Source: a virus
Length of the DNA: 34,041 nt
Strand: one strand, 5' to 3'
IMG/VR virus record: IMGVR_UViG_3300045391_001644
Location: 1-34,041 of that record
Positions 22,651 to 31,881 of the stretch are shown here, in pieces; the stretch's first letter is position 1, and the number at the start of each line of letters is the position of its first letter. The position numbers were made by a program, and so were the translations under genes. The notes beneath the pieces were generated by a model that searched no databases, was not told the origin of the DNA, and saw only the letters and a program-made list of their open reading frames with translations.

Positions 22651-24493
22651 CAGAACGGGCGACGGCGCAAGCATTGCAAGAATTTCCCGACAACAGCCGG
22701 GCGTTTCTGCCATTCCGGCCATACAGTTTTCGACCACCGGCGGGAAATCCGATGCGATGGCTGAGGCTGCTTATTCAGTTGCGAATACGCTCAAGAGAAT
22801 GTCCTCCCGCGTCGAGGATCGCCTTGATCTGCAGGCAGCCGCCGATGCCGCGAAAGCCGGCGCGATCGCCGGGCAGGAAGACAAGATGCCTGCGCTCGAA
22901 GATGAAACCACAATCCGCGGCCGCGCGTTCAACCAGTCAGCCAAAGAAGCCGTAGGCATCCGCATCGATCTGCAGGCCCGCACTCAGCTGAATGATTACG
23001 AACAAAAGAACCTGAACAATCCTTTGAAATTCCGCGCTGCCGCTGACAGTTACCTAACTGGCGTATTGCCAAAGCTGAAGGAATTCGACCCGGCACTGGC
23101 GCAAAGTTTCGAGGCGCAGTACAAGCTCCGCGCGGAGGATGCGGACAACCGCATACAGGCCCGTCAGCGCGCCATCATCGCCGACCAGCAAACTGAACAA
23201 GCCCTGAAGCTGCAGCTAGCCGCCCAGGACGAGATGGCTCAACAGGCCGCCGAGCTTTTTACGGGCAACCCTGCAGACGTACAAAAAAAACTGGCCGGGA
23301 TGATTTCCAATGCCAGCCGCATCGTCGATACAGCGCATCAAATCGGTCCCGACGGGCAGCCTCTATTTTCCGCGCGCGAACGCGTGAATGCCGAGCGCCA
23401 GGCGCAGGAAGCTGTCGGTGAGCAGGTTGGCCGCGCATGGATGAAAGCTCAGCCCGACATGCTCACTGCGTTCGATACATGGCGAAAAGGTGAAGCTGAA
23501 ATCGAAGTGGCGGACGACCAGGGCAAAAAAGCTAAGGTGCCGTTGCGGGATTTGCTCGGCGAAACGTCCTATCAAAAAGCCGAGGCTTCTTTCTATGAAA
23601 ATCTCCGCAGCGAGCTGGCGCTTCGCAACCAAGTCGAAGATATCAAGGATCATGCGTTTAAGAAAAACAGCGACGATCTATATTCCGATCTGCTGGTGGT
23701 TGCACAAAGCGGACCCGATGCGCCTCTGGCGCCTGGCGCATCCGGGCCAACCCGGCCGGCCGGCCTCACCCTCGATGTCGTCGATGCCGCGCGCTCTCAG
23801 CTGGAGCCTGATCGATATCTAGCCCTTCGCACGATCGCCAAAGGCGGCGGCGCGGCCGTCAGCGACGGCCCTACCGTGGCGCGCCTGGCGGCAGCGGATG
23901 CCGATGGTCATGACATACGTGGACAGCTGAGAACTGCTTATAACGCCGGGCAGCTGACGACTGATGATTTTGTCAAATATTACAACCAGAATTCCGGCCG
24001 CATGGATCAAGGTCCCCGCGATCCGGTGTCTGCCGGCCGGGACGCCCTGACGCAAAAACTCGGCGTCCTGTCAAAAGATATTGGCCTCGCGCAATCCTCC
24101 TCGATCGGGCAGGCCTCAATCGAATATGAAATCGCCGTGAATGATTTCGTCGCCAAGGAAGCCCGCGCGCCGAACATACGCGAAGCACGCGACATATCAG
24201 ACGCTATCTATGAACGCTTCAGCGCCGTAAGCGTGGATGACAGCATCATCTCTCTGCCGCTGCCTCGCTCGATGACACAGGCCGAAAAGCTCAACGCAAA
24301 ATTAACATCGGCACAGATCGAACAAAAAGTTGAAAAGGTCAACGCGGAATATCTCGCGCGCCATAACGGCGATGCCGCTGCGCGCGCTGCCGACGAGGAA
24401 TATCAGGGGGAGATTAAAACCCTCAAAAGATATTTCGACCTTTTAAAACTCAAGGAAATGGGTAATGAGCGACAGCCAACCAAAGCAAGGTAA
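22643..24493 (+). CDS. Internal virion protein (gp15-like by position)
   Basis: 616 aa with a GTG start behind an AGGAG. Predominantly helical, Ala/Gln/Asp-rich composition. Confidence 0.55.
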   Translation: MANRTGDGASIARISRQQPGVSAIPAIQFSTTGGKSDAMAEAAYSVANTLKRMSSRVEDRLDLQAAADAAKAGAIAGQEDKMPALEDETTIRGRAFNQSAKEAVGIRIDLQARTQLNDYEQKNLNNPLKFRAAADSYLTGVLPKLKEFDPALAQSFEAQYKLRAEDADNRIQARQRAIIADQQTEQALKLQLAAQDEMAQQAAELFTGNPADVQKKLAGMISNASRIVDTAHQIGPDGQPLFSARERVNAERQAQEAVGEQVGRAWMKAQPDMLTAFDTWRKGEAEIEVADDQGKKAKVPLRDLLGETSYQKAEASFYENLRSELALRNQVEDIKDHAFKKNSDDLYSDLLVVAQSGPDAPLAPGASGPTRPAGLTLDVVDAARSQLEPDRYLALRTIAKGGGAAVSDGPTVARLAAADADGHDIRGQLRTAYNAGQLTTDDFVKYYNQNSGRMDQGPRDPVSAGRDALTQKLGVLSKDIGLAQSSSIGQASIEYEIAVNDFVAKEARAPNIREARDISDAIYERFSAVSVDDSIISLPLPRSMTQAEKLNAKLTSAQIEQKVEKVNAEYLARHNGDAAARAADEEYQGEIKTLKRYFDLLKLKEMGNERQPTKAR

Positions 24494-27400
24494 GCAGGTT
24501 TCCGGTCTTCTTGAAGCCGGGAATATAAATCTCTTAAAGCGCCCGCAGGTAAAAAACCCTGATGGCAGCATTAGCACTGTGCGTTCCATCTCGATCGAGC
24601 AAGATGGAAAAACTTTTCTTATCCCAACCGTCAGCGACGACGGTCGTGTTGTTACAGATCAGGAAGCCGTCGATATATTTCATTCTACTGGTAAGCATCT
24701 CGGGGTGTTTGATAATGAAGACAATGCGACAAAGTACGCACAGGAGCTGCATAAGCAGCAAGAAAATTATTATCTCGGCCCTGAAGGTCTGAATAATAAA
24801 AACCAGAAAGAGGCTCTGCAATTCGACAGCCATTTCAGCGGCGCATTCGATGCCGCCGAAACGCATGAGGCGATCGAATTCGCCAAGCAATTCGATCAGC
24901 AGCCAACGGGCGGCGCATCTTCTGAAAAGCCGACCGATGCCGCGACAGAAGACAGTTTCGCTCAGGAAGGCGCAGCTGCTCTTTCCGCCGGCCGCGATAT
25001 CGGCCTCGGAACGATCCAGGCGCCCCGCGAGATTGCCCGCGGCGTGACAAAGGGCATTAATTCCATGCTTGGTTTCATGGAGGCGGTAAAGGATTTTGTC
25101 CCGACGGTTTCCATCCTGGATGATGAAGGCAATTTATCAGGACCCTCCATCACCACAATCGGCAAGGATGAGGAGCGACTGCAGGTTGGCGTCGATAAAA
25201 AATTCAAAGAAAGAGGCGAAGCACCGCCAAATGTCAAAGACGGAGTGCAGCTGCCCGTGCCTGATGCGCCGGCTGTGCCTACTGTCACAGGCAGTTTAAT
25301 CGAGGGCATCTCGCAATTCGCAACGGGTTTGAAAGGCGTCGATAAAATCGGCGGTCTTTTCAAGGGAGTGAAAGCGCTCGAAGGCGTTGCTGAAGGCGCA
25401 GACGTGGGATCTGAAATCGGTCAGATTTTGAACAATATCGGCAAGGGCGCTGGCGCAGACCTGTTAGCATTTGACCAACATGAACAGCGGCTCTCGAATG
25501 TCATCGAACAGGTTCCTGAACTGAAAAACCCTGTCACGGAATTCCTGCAGGCGAAACCCGACGATAGTTTTGTAGAAGGGAAACTTAAGCAGGCTATCGA
25601 AGGCCTCGGCCTCTCGGCCGTGGGTGAAACTCTTTTTCAAGGCATCAAGGTCTTGAAAAAAGGTTTAACCGCCAAAGGCGAGCTGGAAGCGGCTGGCGGG
25701 AAAATTGATGACCTTCTCGATTTGCCAGCTGAAGAAAAGGCCGGTCTCGATCTCCCTGTGAATGAATTTCATTTCCTGGGCGACCCCGCCGGCGAACGCC
25801 TGCAGCCAAAAACGAAAATCGAGATCGCTGAGGAGGAAGTCCAGGGAGCTTTTGGAAAAACAAAACAGGTCAGCGATAAGCCGAATGTGCCGATCGACGA
25901 TTTCGAGATCAATTTTTCGCGCATCGATGCGCCGGATGACATCAAGCAGCTAATGGACGAAATGCTGAATAAGCCCGAGCTGAAGGCCAGCATCGATGCA
26001 GAGCGCCGTGGGGCGCGCACCAATGCGCAGACCCTTTCAGCTGCGCAGGATATTGACGGTTATGAAAGTTTGCTGGCACGCCGCACGGGCGATGCCTTTA
26101 ATGCCGAGCAGATTGTCGCCGGCCGTAAAGTTTATTACGACACGACAACGAAGTTGATGGATGCTGCGCGCAAGGCCGCCGCGCCAACAGCAACGGATAT
26201 CGATCATTTTAATTTCCGCAAAATGATCGCCGTTCACCAGGCTGTTCAAAAGGAATTCATGGGCATCCGAGCCGAAGCCGGGCGCGCCCTGCAGGCCTGG
26301 CGCATCCCTGTCGGCGGGACCGGCGGCGAAAACGTCCGCGCTCTCGAACAGGTTCTCAACGAATTCGGCGGTGCTGATGCCAGCAAGGAACTCGCGCGCC
26401 GGTTGGCAACAATCAACGATCACATGAACACCAGTCAGATCAACGCGATCGTAAATAAAACTGCACTCGCCCGTACCACAGATGCCGTGACTGAGGCCTG
26501 GACGCTTGGCCTTCTGACCAACCCGACCACGCATGTCGTCAATCTTAGCTCGAACGTACTGACTGCCTTGCAGCTCGGCATGGAGCGCTTCGCAATGGCT
26601 GGCGTGAAAGACAGCCCCGTGACGTTCCGCGAAGGCCTCGAATTCTTTTCGGGCATGATGGAAAGCCAGAAACTTGCTATCAAAAACATGGCCCAGGCCT
26701 TCCGCACCGGCGAGACCGGCATCGGCCTCGGTAAAATCGATCTGCCGAGAACGCGATCGACGGCACGCGATATTCTCGATCCCGACGGCAAGGCCGGAAT
26801 TTTCAGCAAGGCGCTCGATGGTTACGGCGCCATACTCAATAAATTCGTCGGCGGCGGTCTTGCGGCCGGCGATGAATATTCCAAAACAATTTTATACCAG
26901 GCGCAACTGCGCTCTCTGGCGATCCGTGACGGCATCGCCCAGGGACTTGAAGGCGAAGCCCTGACAAAACACATCGCCGACGTGCTTGCCGATCCCCCGC
27001 CCGGCGTCAAAGCCGACGCGGCAACTTTTGCAACATACGGCACTTTCACCCGCGAACTCGGCAAAGCCGGGCAGGCCGCGCAAAAAATCATTTCACAATA
27101 CCCGGCCTTGCGCTTTGTCGCGCCTTTCGTCCGCACACCCGGCAACATTTTCAAATTCGCATTCGAGAGAACGCCACTCGCGCCGTTATCGAAAAAAGTC
27201 CGGGACGATATCACCGCCGGCGGCGTCCGCAAGGCCTCCGCACTGGCGAAGATCGGGATGGGGACATCGATGATGGCCCTCGCTGCGGATATGAGCCTCA
27301 ACGGCAAAATGACAGGATCAGGCCCGAACGACCCGAAAATCCGCGCGGGGCTGAAGCGTACCGGCTGGCAGCCTTATTCCATCAAATTCGGTGACACCTG

Positions 27401-28331
27401 GTACAGCTACGCGCGGTTCGAGCCGGTGGCCACGTTGTTCGGCATGTCGGCCGACATCTCGGAAATCCTGTCAAACTATGAAGCTTATGACGTCCAGGCG
27501 CAGGAGGAAGCCGACGAGCTGGTGACGGCGGCCGTGCTGGCGATCGGCAACCAGGTTGTCGGCAAAACATTCCTGCAGGGCTTCGCTGACATAGCCGAGG
27601 TTCTGAGCGATCCGAAACGCAACGGCGAGGCTTTCCTTGAGCGCTTTGCCGGTTCCTTTGTGCCTGCCGGCAGCGCGGCGATCGAGCGCGCGATCGATCC
27701 GGCCGCCGAGCTGGTGTTCAACAAGATCGACGCCATTCGTTCACGCATTCCCGGTCTCAGCTCCGCCGTTCCGCCGCGCCGGAATATCTGGGGTGAGGAA
27801 ATAAAATATTTTTACCCGAACGATGAAGACCTGCTGGCCTCGACCGCCGAGCGTATCGGTAGCCTGTTCAATCCGGTTTACACCAGCACAGAGAAAAAAG
27901 ATGCGGTTGTCGATCGCTGGATGCTGCAGAACGGTTTCAACATCGACATGCCTGACAAGACGCAGAGCTTCGAGGGCGTGCGCATCGATCTCAGAAAATA
28001 TCCTCAAATATACGACCGGCTGGTTGTGCTGCGCGGTAACGAAGCCAAGCTGACCCGTTACAGCAACCAGGGCATGCAAGAATTCTTCCGCAATCTCGTC
28101 ACAGAGGAAGACCCCTTCGGGCGGCACATAGGATTTTTTACATCGATCGGAAAAGATTTCGACGATCAGCAGAATTTCATCAGCCAGGTCGTACGGGATT
28201 ACCAGGATGCGGCCAAAGATCAGCTGCTCGATGAATTCCCTGAACTGAGTGACGTCATCAAACGCGAACAAAGAAATGCGGCTGCACTGAACGCGGTACG
28301 GCCGGCCGCATCTAAAGAGGAGAAACCATGA
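24465..28331 (+). CDS. Large internal virion / DNA-ejection protein (gp16-like by position)
   Basis: 1288 aa, the largest ORF. The N-terminal module is LLEAGNINLLKRPQVKNPDGSISTVRSISIEQDGKTFLIPTVSDDGRVV..GKHLGVFDNEDNATKYAQELH. Confidence 0.6.
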   Translation: MSDSQPKQGKQVSGLLEAGNINLLKRPQVKNPDGSISTVRSISIEQDGKTFLIPTVSDDGRVVTDQEAVDIFHSTGKHLGVFDNEDNATKYAQELHKQQENYYLGPEGLNNKNQKEALQFDSHFSGAFDAAETHEAIEFAKQFDQQPTGGASSEKPTDAATEDSFAQEGAAALSAGRDIGLGTIQAPREIARGVTKGINSMLGFMEAVKDFVPTVSILDDEGNLSGPSITTIGKDEERLQVGVDKKFKERGEAPPNVKDGVQLPVPDAPAVPTVTGSLIEGISQFATGLKGVDKIGGLFKGVKALEGVAEGADVGSEIGQILNNIGKGAGADLLAFDQHEQRLSNVIEQVPELKNPVTEFLQAKPDDSFVEGKLKQAIEGLGLSAVGETLFQGIKVLKKGLTAKGELEAAGGKIDDLLDLPAEEKAGLDLPVNEFHFLGDPAGERLQPKTKIEIAEEEVQGAFGKTKQVSDKPNVPIDDFEINFSRIDAPDDIKQLMDEMLNKPELKASIDAERRGARTNAQTLSAAQDIDGYESLLARRTGDAFNAEQIVAGRKVYYDTTTKLMDAARKAAAPTATDIDHFNFRKMIAVHQAVQKEFMGIRAEAGRALQAWRIPVGGTGGENVRALEQVLNEFGGADASKELARRLATINDHMNTSQINAIVNKTALARTTDAVTEAWTLGLLTNPTTHVVNLSSNVLTALQLGMERFAMAGVKDSPVTFREGLEFFSGMMESQKLAIKNMAQAFRTGETGIGLGKIDLPRTRSTARDILDPDGKAGIFSKALDGYGAILNKFVGGGLAAGDEYSKTILYQAQLRSLAIRDGIAQGLEGEALTKHIADVLADPPPGVKADAATFATYGTFTRELGKAGQAAQKIISQYPALRFVAPFVRTPGNIFKFAFERTPLAPLSKKVRDDITAGGVRKASALAKIGMGTSMMALAADMSLNGKMTGSGPNDPKIRAGLKRTGWQPYSIKFGDTWYSYARFEPVATLFGMSADISEILSNYEAYDVQAQEEADELVTAAVLAIGNQVVGKTFLQGFADIAEVLSDPKRNGEAFLERFAGSFVPAGSAAIERAIDPAAELVFNKIDAIRSRIPGLSSAVPPRRNIWGEEIKYFYPNDEDLLASTAERIGSLFNPVYTSTEKKDAVVDRWMLQNGFNIDMPDKTQSFEGVRIDLRKYPQIYDRLVVLRGNEAKLTRYSNQGMQEFFRNLVTEEDPFGRHIGFFTSIGKDFDDQQNFISQVVRDYQDAAKDQLLDEFPELSDVIKREQRNAAALNAVRPAASKEEKP

Positions 28332-30754
28332 CACAAACAACCAATGATCGCCGCGCCCGGTACGAAGTCACAAATCCCGCCGGCCAATCCATCTTCGATA
28401 TCGATTTTGAACTCGACAACGTGGATTACATCCGCGTGTACGCCGATAACGACCTGATCGATGCTGCCGATTATACCGTTGACCTGGAGACCTTAAAGGC
28501 AACGCTGGACACGCCTGCGGTACAGGGAACGATCATCACGCTCGAAGGCTACAGCCTGATCGAGCGCACAACCGATTACCCGCTTCGCGGCGCCCTTCGC
28601 GCGCGGCTTCTCAATGCCGATTTCGACAAATTCACGCGTACGCTGCAGGAGCTGCGCCGCGATGTTGATCTGTGCCTGAGAATTAACCGGGCAGAAGATG
28701 TCAATGTCAGCACCGTCATGCCGCTGCTCGATCCTGGTCATGTCATCGTATGCGGCGAGGAAGGTTTTGAAATCGGTCCAGATACGACCGACGTGGCTAC
28801 GGTTGCGGCCAGCATCGCCAATGTCGATGCCGTCGCTGCCGCGTTAACAAACATCAATATCGTTGCAACCGATTTGAACAGCTTCGACACGATCGGAGAT
28901 GTCGCCGCTAATATCGACGCCGTTGCGGCCGTCGGCAATAACATCGTGCATGTCCTGTCGGTTGATGACAACGAGGCAAACATAACGGCCGTAGCCGGCA
29001 ACGCGACCAACATCAACCTGGTCGCCGGCAACGCGACCAACATCAATACCGTGGCCAGCATCAACGGGGTTATCAACACTGTCGCGGGTATCTCAGCCAA
29101 CGTCACGACGGTCGCAGGCATTTCCTCTGCGGTCTCGAATGTCTCGGGCATCGCCGCGGCCGTATCGGCAGTTTCCGGGATTTCCTCGGCTGTTTCAAAT
29201 GTCTCTTCGATCTCCGCGAATGTCAGCACCGTGGCGGGTATTTCCGGCAACGTCACGACAGTGGCGGGCATGTCGGCGAACATCACCACCGTCGCGGGGA
29301 TGTCGGGTAATATATCTACAGTTGTCGCCAATATAACGGCCATTCAAAACGCATCGACAAATGCCACAAATGCGGCGACTTCCGCATCGAACGCTTTGAC
29401 GAGCGAAAACAATGCCGCGGCAAGCGCGATTGCGGCCGCAGCTTCAGCTGCGCAATTCTCCGGCACATCGACAACATCGGTGGCGATCGCAACCGGCACG
29501 AAGGCCTTCACCACTCAAAGCGGAAAACTTTTCAACGGTGAAAACGTCCGCGTTTATTCTGCGGCCGATCCGACAAATTTCATGGACGGGTTGGCGACGT
29601 ATTCCGGCACAAGCCTCAGCGTCGATGTTTCGACGATCGGCGGATCGGGAACAAAAACGGATTGGGTCATCAAGGTTAATGGCGCGAAAGGCGTACAGGG
29701 GCCAAGCGGGTCCCTTGACTTCACCGCGCTCAGTGCTGAAACCGCACTCGCAAGCGGCGATCTCTTTGTCATCAACGACATCAGCGAGGGCGCAAACAAC
29801 AAGATGACGACACTGGATGTCTTTAAGGGCTTTACGGTGTTGCCAACCACAGCGCTTGCGGTCGGCGATGAAATGCCCTTCTATGATATTTCTGGTACTG
29901 TCGCCGGCAAAGTCACGGTTCAAAACTTCTGGAACATGGTGACTGGCCTGACATCAGAAACGGCCCTAGCCGTCGGCGATGAGTTCCCGGTCTATGATGT
30001 ATCTGCATCCAATACCGACAAAGTCACACTGCAGAGCTTCTATAACGCCATCAATATCCTGACCGCTGAAACCGCGGCGCCGGCGACGAACGATGTGCTT
30101 CTGATGTACGACACATCGGCAACTAATGCGGATAAAATCACCGTCGCTGATTTCTTCAAAGCCTTTACCAGCTTCTCAACAGTAACGATGGCAAGCGGCG
30201 ATGAAATCCCGTTCTACGATATTTCCGGCGCGGTGGCCGGCAAGGCAACTGTCGCCGCACTCTGGACGGCGATGACATCATTAAGCCTCTCGGGTGTATT
30301 GCCTTCAGCGCAAGGCGGCGCGGGAACAGTCAACGGCATCATGAAGGCGAACGGCTCGGGTACAACTTCCGCCGCCGCCGCTGGCACAGATTATGTTTCT
30401 CCAACTGGCACGGAAACGCTGACCAACAAGCGTATCAATCCGCGCATCCAGGCTGTAACATCGAGCGCTACCGTCACAGCCAACGCCGACACCGATGATG
30501 CTGTTGTCATCACCGCCCAGGCGGCGGGCCTGACGCTGGCGAACCCCACCGGAACCCCCGTTCAGGGCCAAGGCCTCATCATCAGGATTAAAGATAACGG
30601 CACAGCCCGGTCGATTTCTTTCGGCACGAATTTCCGTGCGATGGGGACCGTGTTGCCAACCACGACCGTCATTTCAAAAACGCTTTATCTCTCCTGCGTC
30701 TATAACTCCACCGACACAAAATGGGACGTCACCGGCGTCGCCAAGGAAGCTTAA
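28328..30754 (+). CDS. Tail fibre protein with a T7 gp17-like N-terminal tail-attachment domain
   Basis: 808 aa. The N-terminus (FDIDFELDNVDYIRVY..LRARLLNADFDKFTRTLQELRRD) matches the podoviral fibre N-domain pattern. It is followed by decapeptide repeats, five repeats of about 36 aa, and a C-terminal globular part. Confidence 0.8.
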   Translation: MTQTTNDRRARYEVTNPAGQSIFDIDFELDNVDYIRVYADNDLIDAADYTVDLETLKATLDTPAVQGTIITLEGYSLIERTTDYPLRGALRARLLNADFDKFTRTLQELRRDVDLCLRINRAEDVNVSTVMPLLDPGHVIVCGEEGFEIGPDTTDVATVAASIANVDAVAAALTNINIVATDLNSFDTIGDVAANIDAVAAVGNNIVHVLSVDDNEANITAVAGNATNINLVAGNATNINTVASINGVINTVAGISANVTTVAGISSAVSNVSGIAAAVSAVSGISSAVSNVSSISANVSTVAGISGNVTTVAGMSANITTVAGMSGNISTVVANITAIQNASTNATNAATSASNALTSENNAAASAIAAAASAAQFSGTSTTSVAIATGTKAFTTQSGKLFNGENVRVYSAADPTNFMDGLATYSGTSLSVDVSTIGGSGTKTDWVIKVNGAKGVQGPSGSLDFTALSAETALASGDLFVINDISEGANNKMTTLDVFKGFTVLPTTALAVGDEMPFYDISGTVAGKVTVQNFWNMVTGLTSETALAVGDEFPVYDVSASNTDKVTLQSFYNAINILTAETAAPATNDVLLMYDTSATNADKITVADFFKAFTSFSTVTMASGDEIPFYDISGAVAGKATVAALWTAMTSLSLSGVLPSAQGGAGTVNGIMKANGSGTTSAAAAGTDYVSPTGTETLTNKRINPRIQAVTSSATVTANADTDDAVVITAQAAGLTLANPTGTPVQGQGLIIRIKDNGTARSISFGTNFRAMGTVLPTTTVISKTLYLSCVYNSTDTKWDVTGVAKEA
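28988..29347 (+). repeat. In-frame 30-bp tandem repeats (12 decapeptide units, xVAGISxNVT-like) within the tail fibre gene
   Basis: aa 221-340 read in strict 10-aa register: AVAGNATNIN/LVAGNATNIN/TVASINGVIN/TVAGISANVT/TVAGISSAVS/NVSGIAAAVS/AVSGISSAVS/NVSSISANVS/TVAGISGNVT/TVAGMSANIT/TVAGMSGNIS/TVVANITAIQ. A looser periodicity starts at aa 161 (28808). Confidence 0.85.
29732..30283 (+). repeat. Five repeats of about 36 aa (..ALAVGDExPFYDxSxxxxxKVTxxxFxxxxxxL) in the tail fibre gene
   Basis: aa 469-652. The units begin SAETALASGDLF, PTTALAVGDEMPFYD, TSETALAVGDEFPVYD, TAETAAPATNDVLLMYD and STVTMASGDEIPFYD. Confidence 0.75.
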
Positions 30755-31872
30755 TGTCCTTTCACCGTTTTCCATCGATCCTTATTCCGAACAACGCCCC
30801 GATGATGGTCAGCGGCCTAGCGCTGACCACGCCCGGCGCAATCACACAGCAGGTTCCTGCCGGCTGGACATCGCTCGATGTCGAAGCCTGGGGAGCTGGC
30901 GGCGCCGGCGGCGGCAATAGCAGCACAGGATCATTCGGCGCCGGCGGCGGCGGCGGCGGTTATTCCAAAAAAACTTATGCCGTAACACCTGGCCAAATAT
31001 TCTCAGGCAATATTGGAGCTGGCAGCGCCGGCACCTCCGGCACCGGCACGGCCGGCGGCAATACCACCGTGGATGTTCTGACAGCCAACGGCGGCGGCGG
31101 TGGCGTTACGAATGGTGGCAGCGGCGGCGCTGGCGGCACTGCAAGCGGCGGTGACGTCAACACAACTGGCACGGCCGGCACAAACGGCGGCGCTGGCGGA
31201 TCGTTGAATGGAGCAGCAGGCGGGGCATCGCCGAATGGCGGAGCTGGCGGCGCTGGCGGAACTGGCAATGTCGGTGGAGCTGGCGGCCTTGGCGGCACCG
31301 GCGGTACGCCTGGGGGCGGCGGCGGCGGCGGCGGCGGCCGCGGTCTCGGCAGTAACACGTCCGGCGGCACCGGCGCGCCAGGTCAAATCAAATTCACAAA
31401 GACACCGACACTCATCAATCTCACCGGCTATACGACGATTTCAGATTTCGATGTCAGTACCGCGCCGGCGTTCGATGGCACGACAAACCAGGCGCAAGTC
31501 TCATGCGCATTGAAGAACAACGTCGCTGCAGGAACAAGTAATGGCTATATCGGCAAAACGCTCGGTACGCCCTCAGCAATTCACAGCGCTGTCTCGCACG
31601 GCACCAACGATAAAGGTTATGCATTCACGGGTTCGCCAAGCGGATCGACAATGACCTTGAGCCTGTACGGCAAACAAGGCACCGCGCCGGCCTCGCCGAC
31701 AAACGGCACGCTGCTCGGCCAGATCAGCTTCACCAACCAGGCAAACGAAAGCGTCGGCCGCACGATCGCCAGCTCCGACACGACAACGGTTTGGGATCAC
31801 GTTTGGGTTTACCTGACACAACCTGACAATGCCAATAACGGCTTTGCAGAGATTTTATTTTACGCACCGTAA
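30754..31872 (+). CDS. Glycine-rich domain protein (tail-fibre-associated)
   Basis: Start at MSFHRFPSIL via a TAATG overlap with the fibre stop. VPAGWTSLDVEAWGAGGAGGG..GGGGGGYS and long GGxGG tracts are followed by a non-repetitive beta-rich C-terminal domain. Confidence 0.7.
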   Translation: MSFHRFPSILIPNNAPMMVSGLALTTPGAITQQVPAGWTSLDVEAWGAGGAGGGNSSTGSFGAGGGGGGYSKKTYAVTPGQIFSGNIGAGSAGTSGTGTAGGNTTVDVLTANGGGGGVTNGGSGGAGGTASGGDVNTTGTAGTNGGAGGSLNGAAGGASPNGGAGGAGGTGNVGGAGGLGGTGGTPGGGGGGGGGRGLGSNTSGGTGAPGQIKFTKTPTLINLTGYTTISDFDVSTAPAFDGTTNQAQVSCALKNNVAAGTSNGYIGKTLGTPSAIHSAVSHGTNDKGYAFTGSPSGSTMTLSLYGKQGTAPASPTNGTLLGQISFTNQANESVGRTIASSDTTTVWDHVWVYLTQPDNANNGFAEILFYAP

Positions 31873-31881
31873 GGGGGAAAA

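Noticed and set aside
28738-29343. 201-aa antisense ORF inside the tail fibre gene
   Set aside because: It mirrors the 30-bp decapeptide repeats (MPATVVT.. units). The sense frame is continuous over 808 codons with clear fibre N- and C-terminal domains.
30975-31386. Pro-rich (131 aa) and Ala-rich (127 aa) antisense ORFs, and the Ala-rich (+) ORF 31208-31513
   Set aside because: These are alternative-frame readings of the GGC/GGN repeats of the glycine-rich protein gene. They have no independent start signals.
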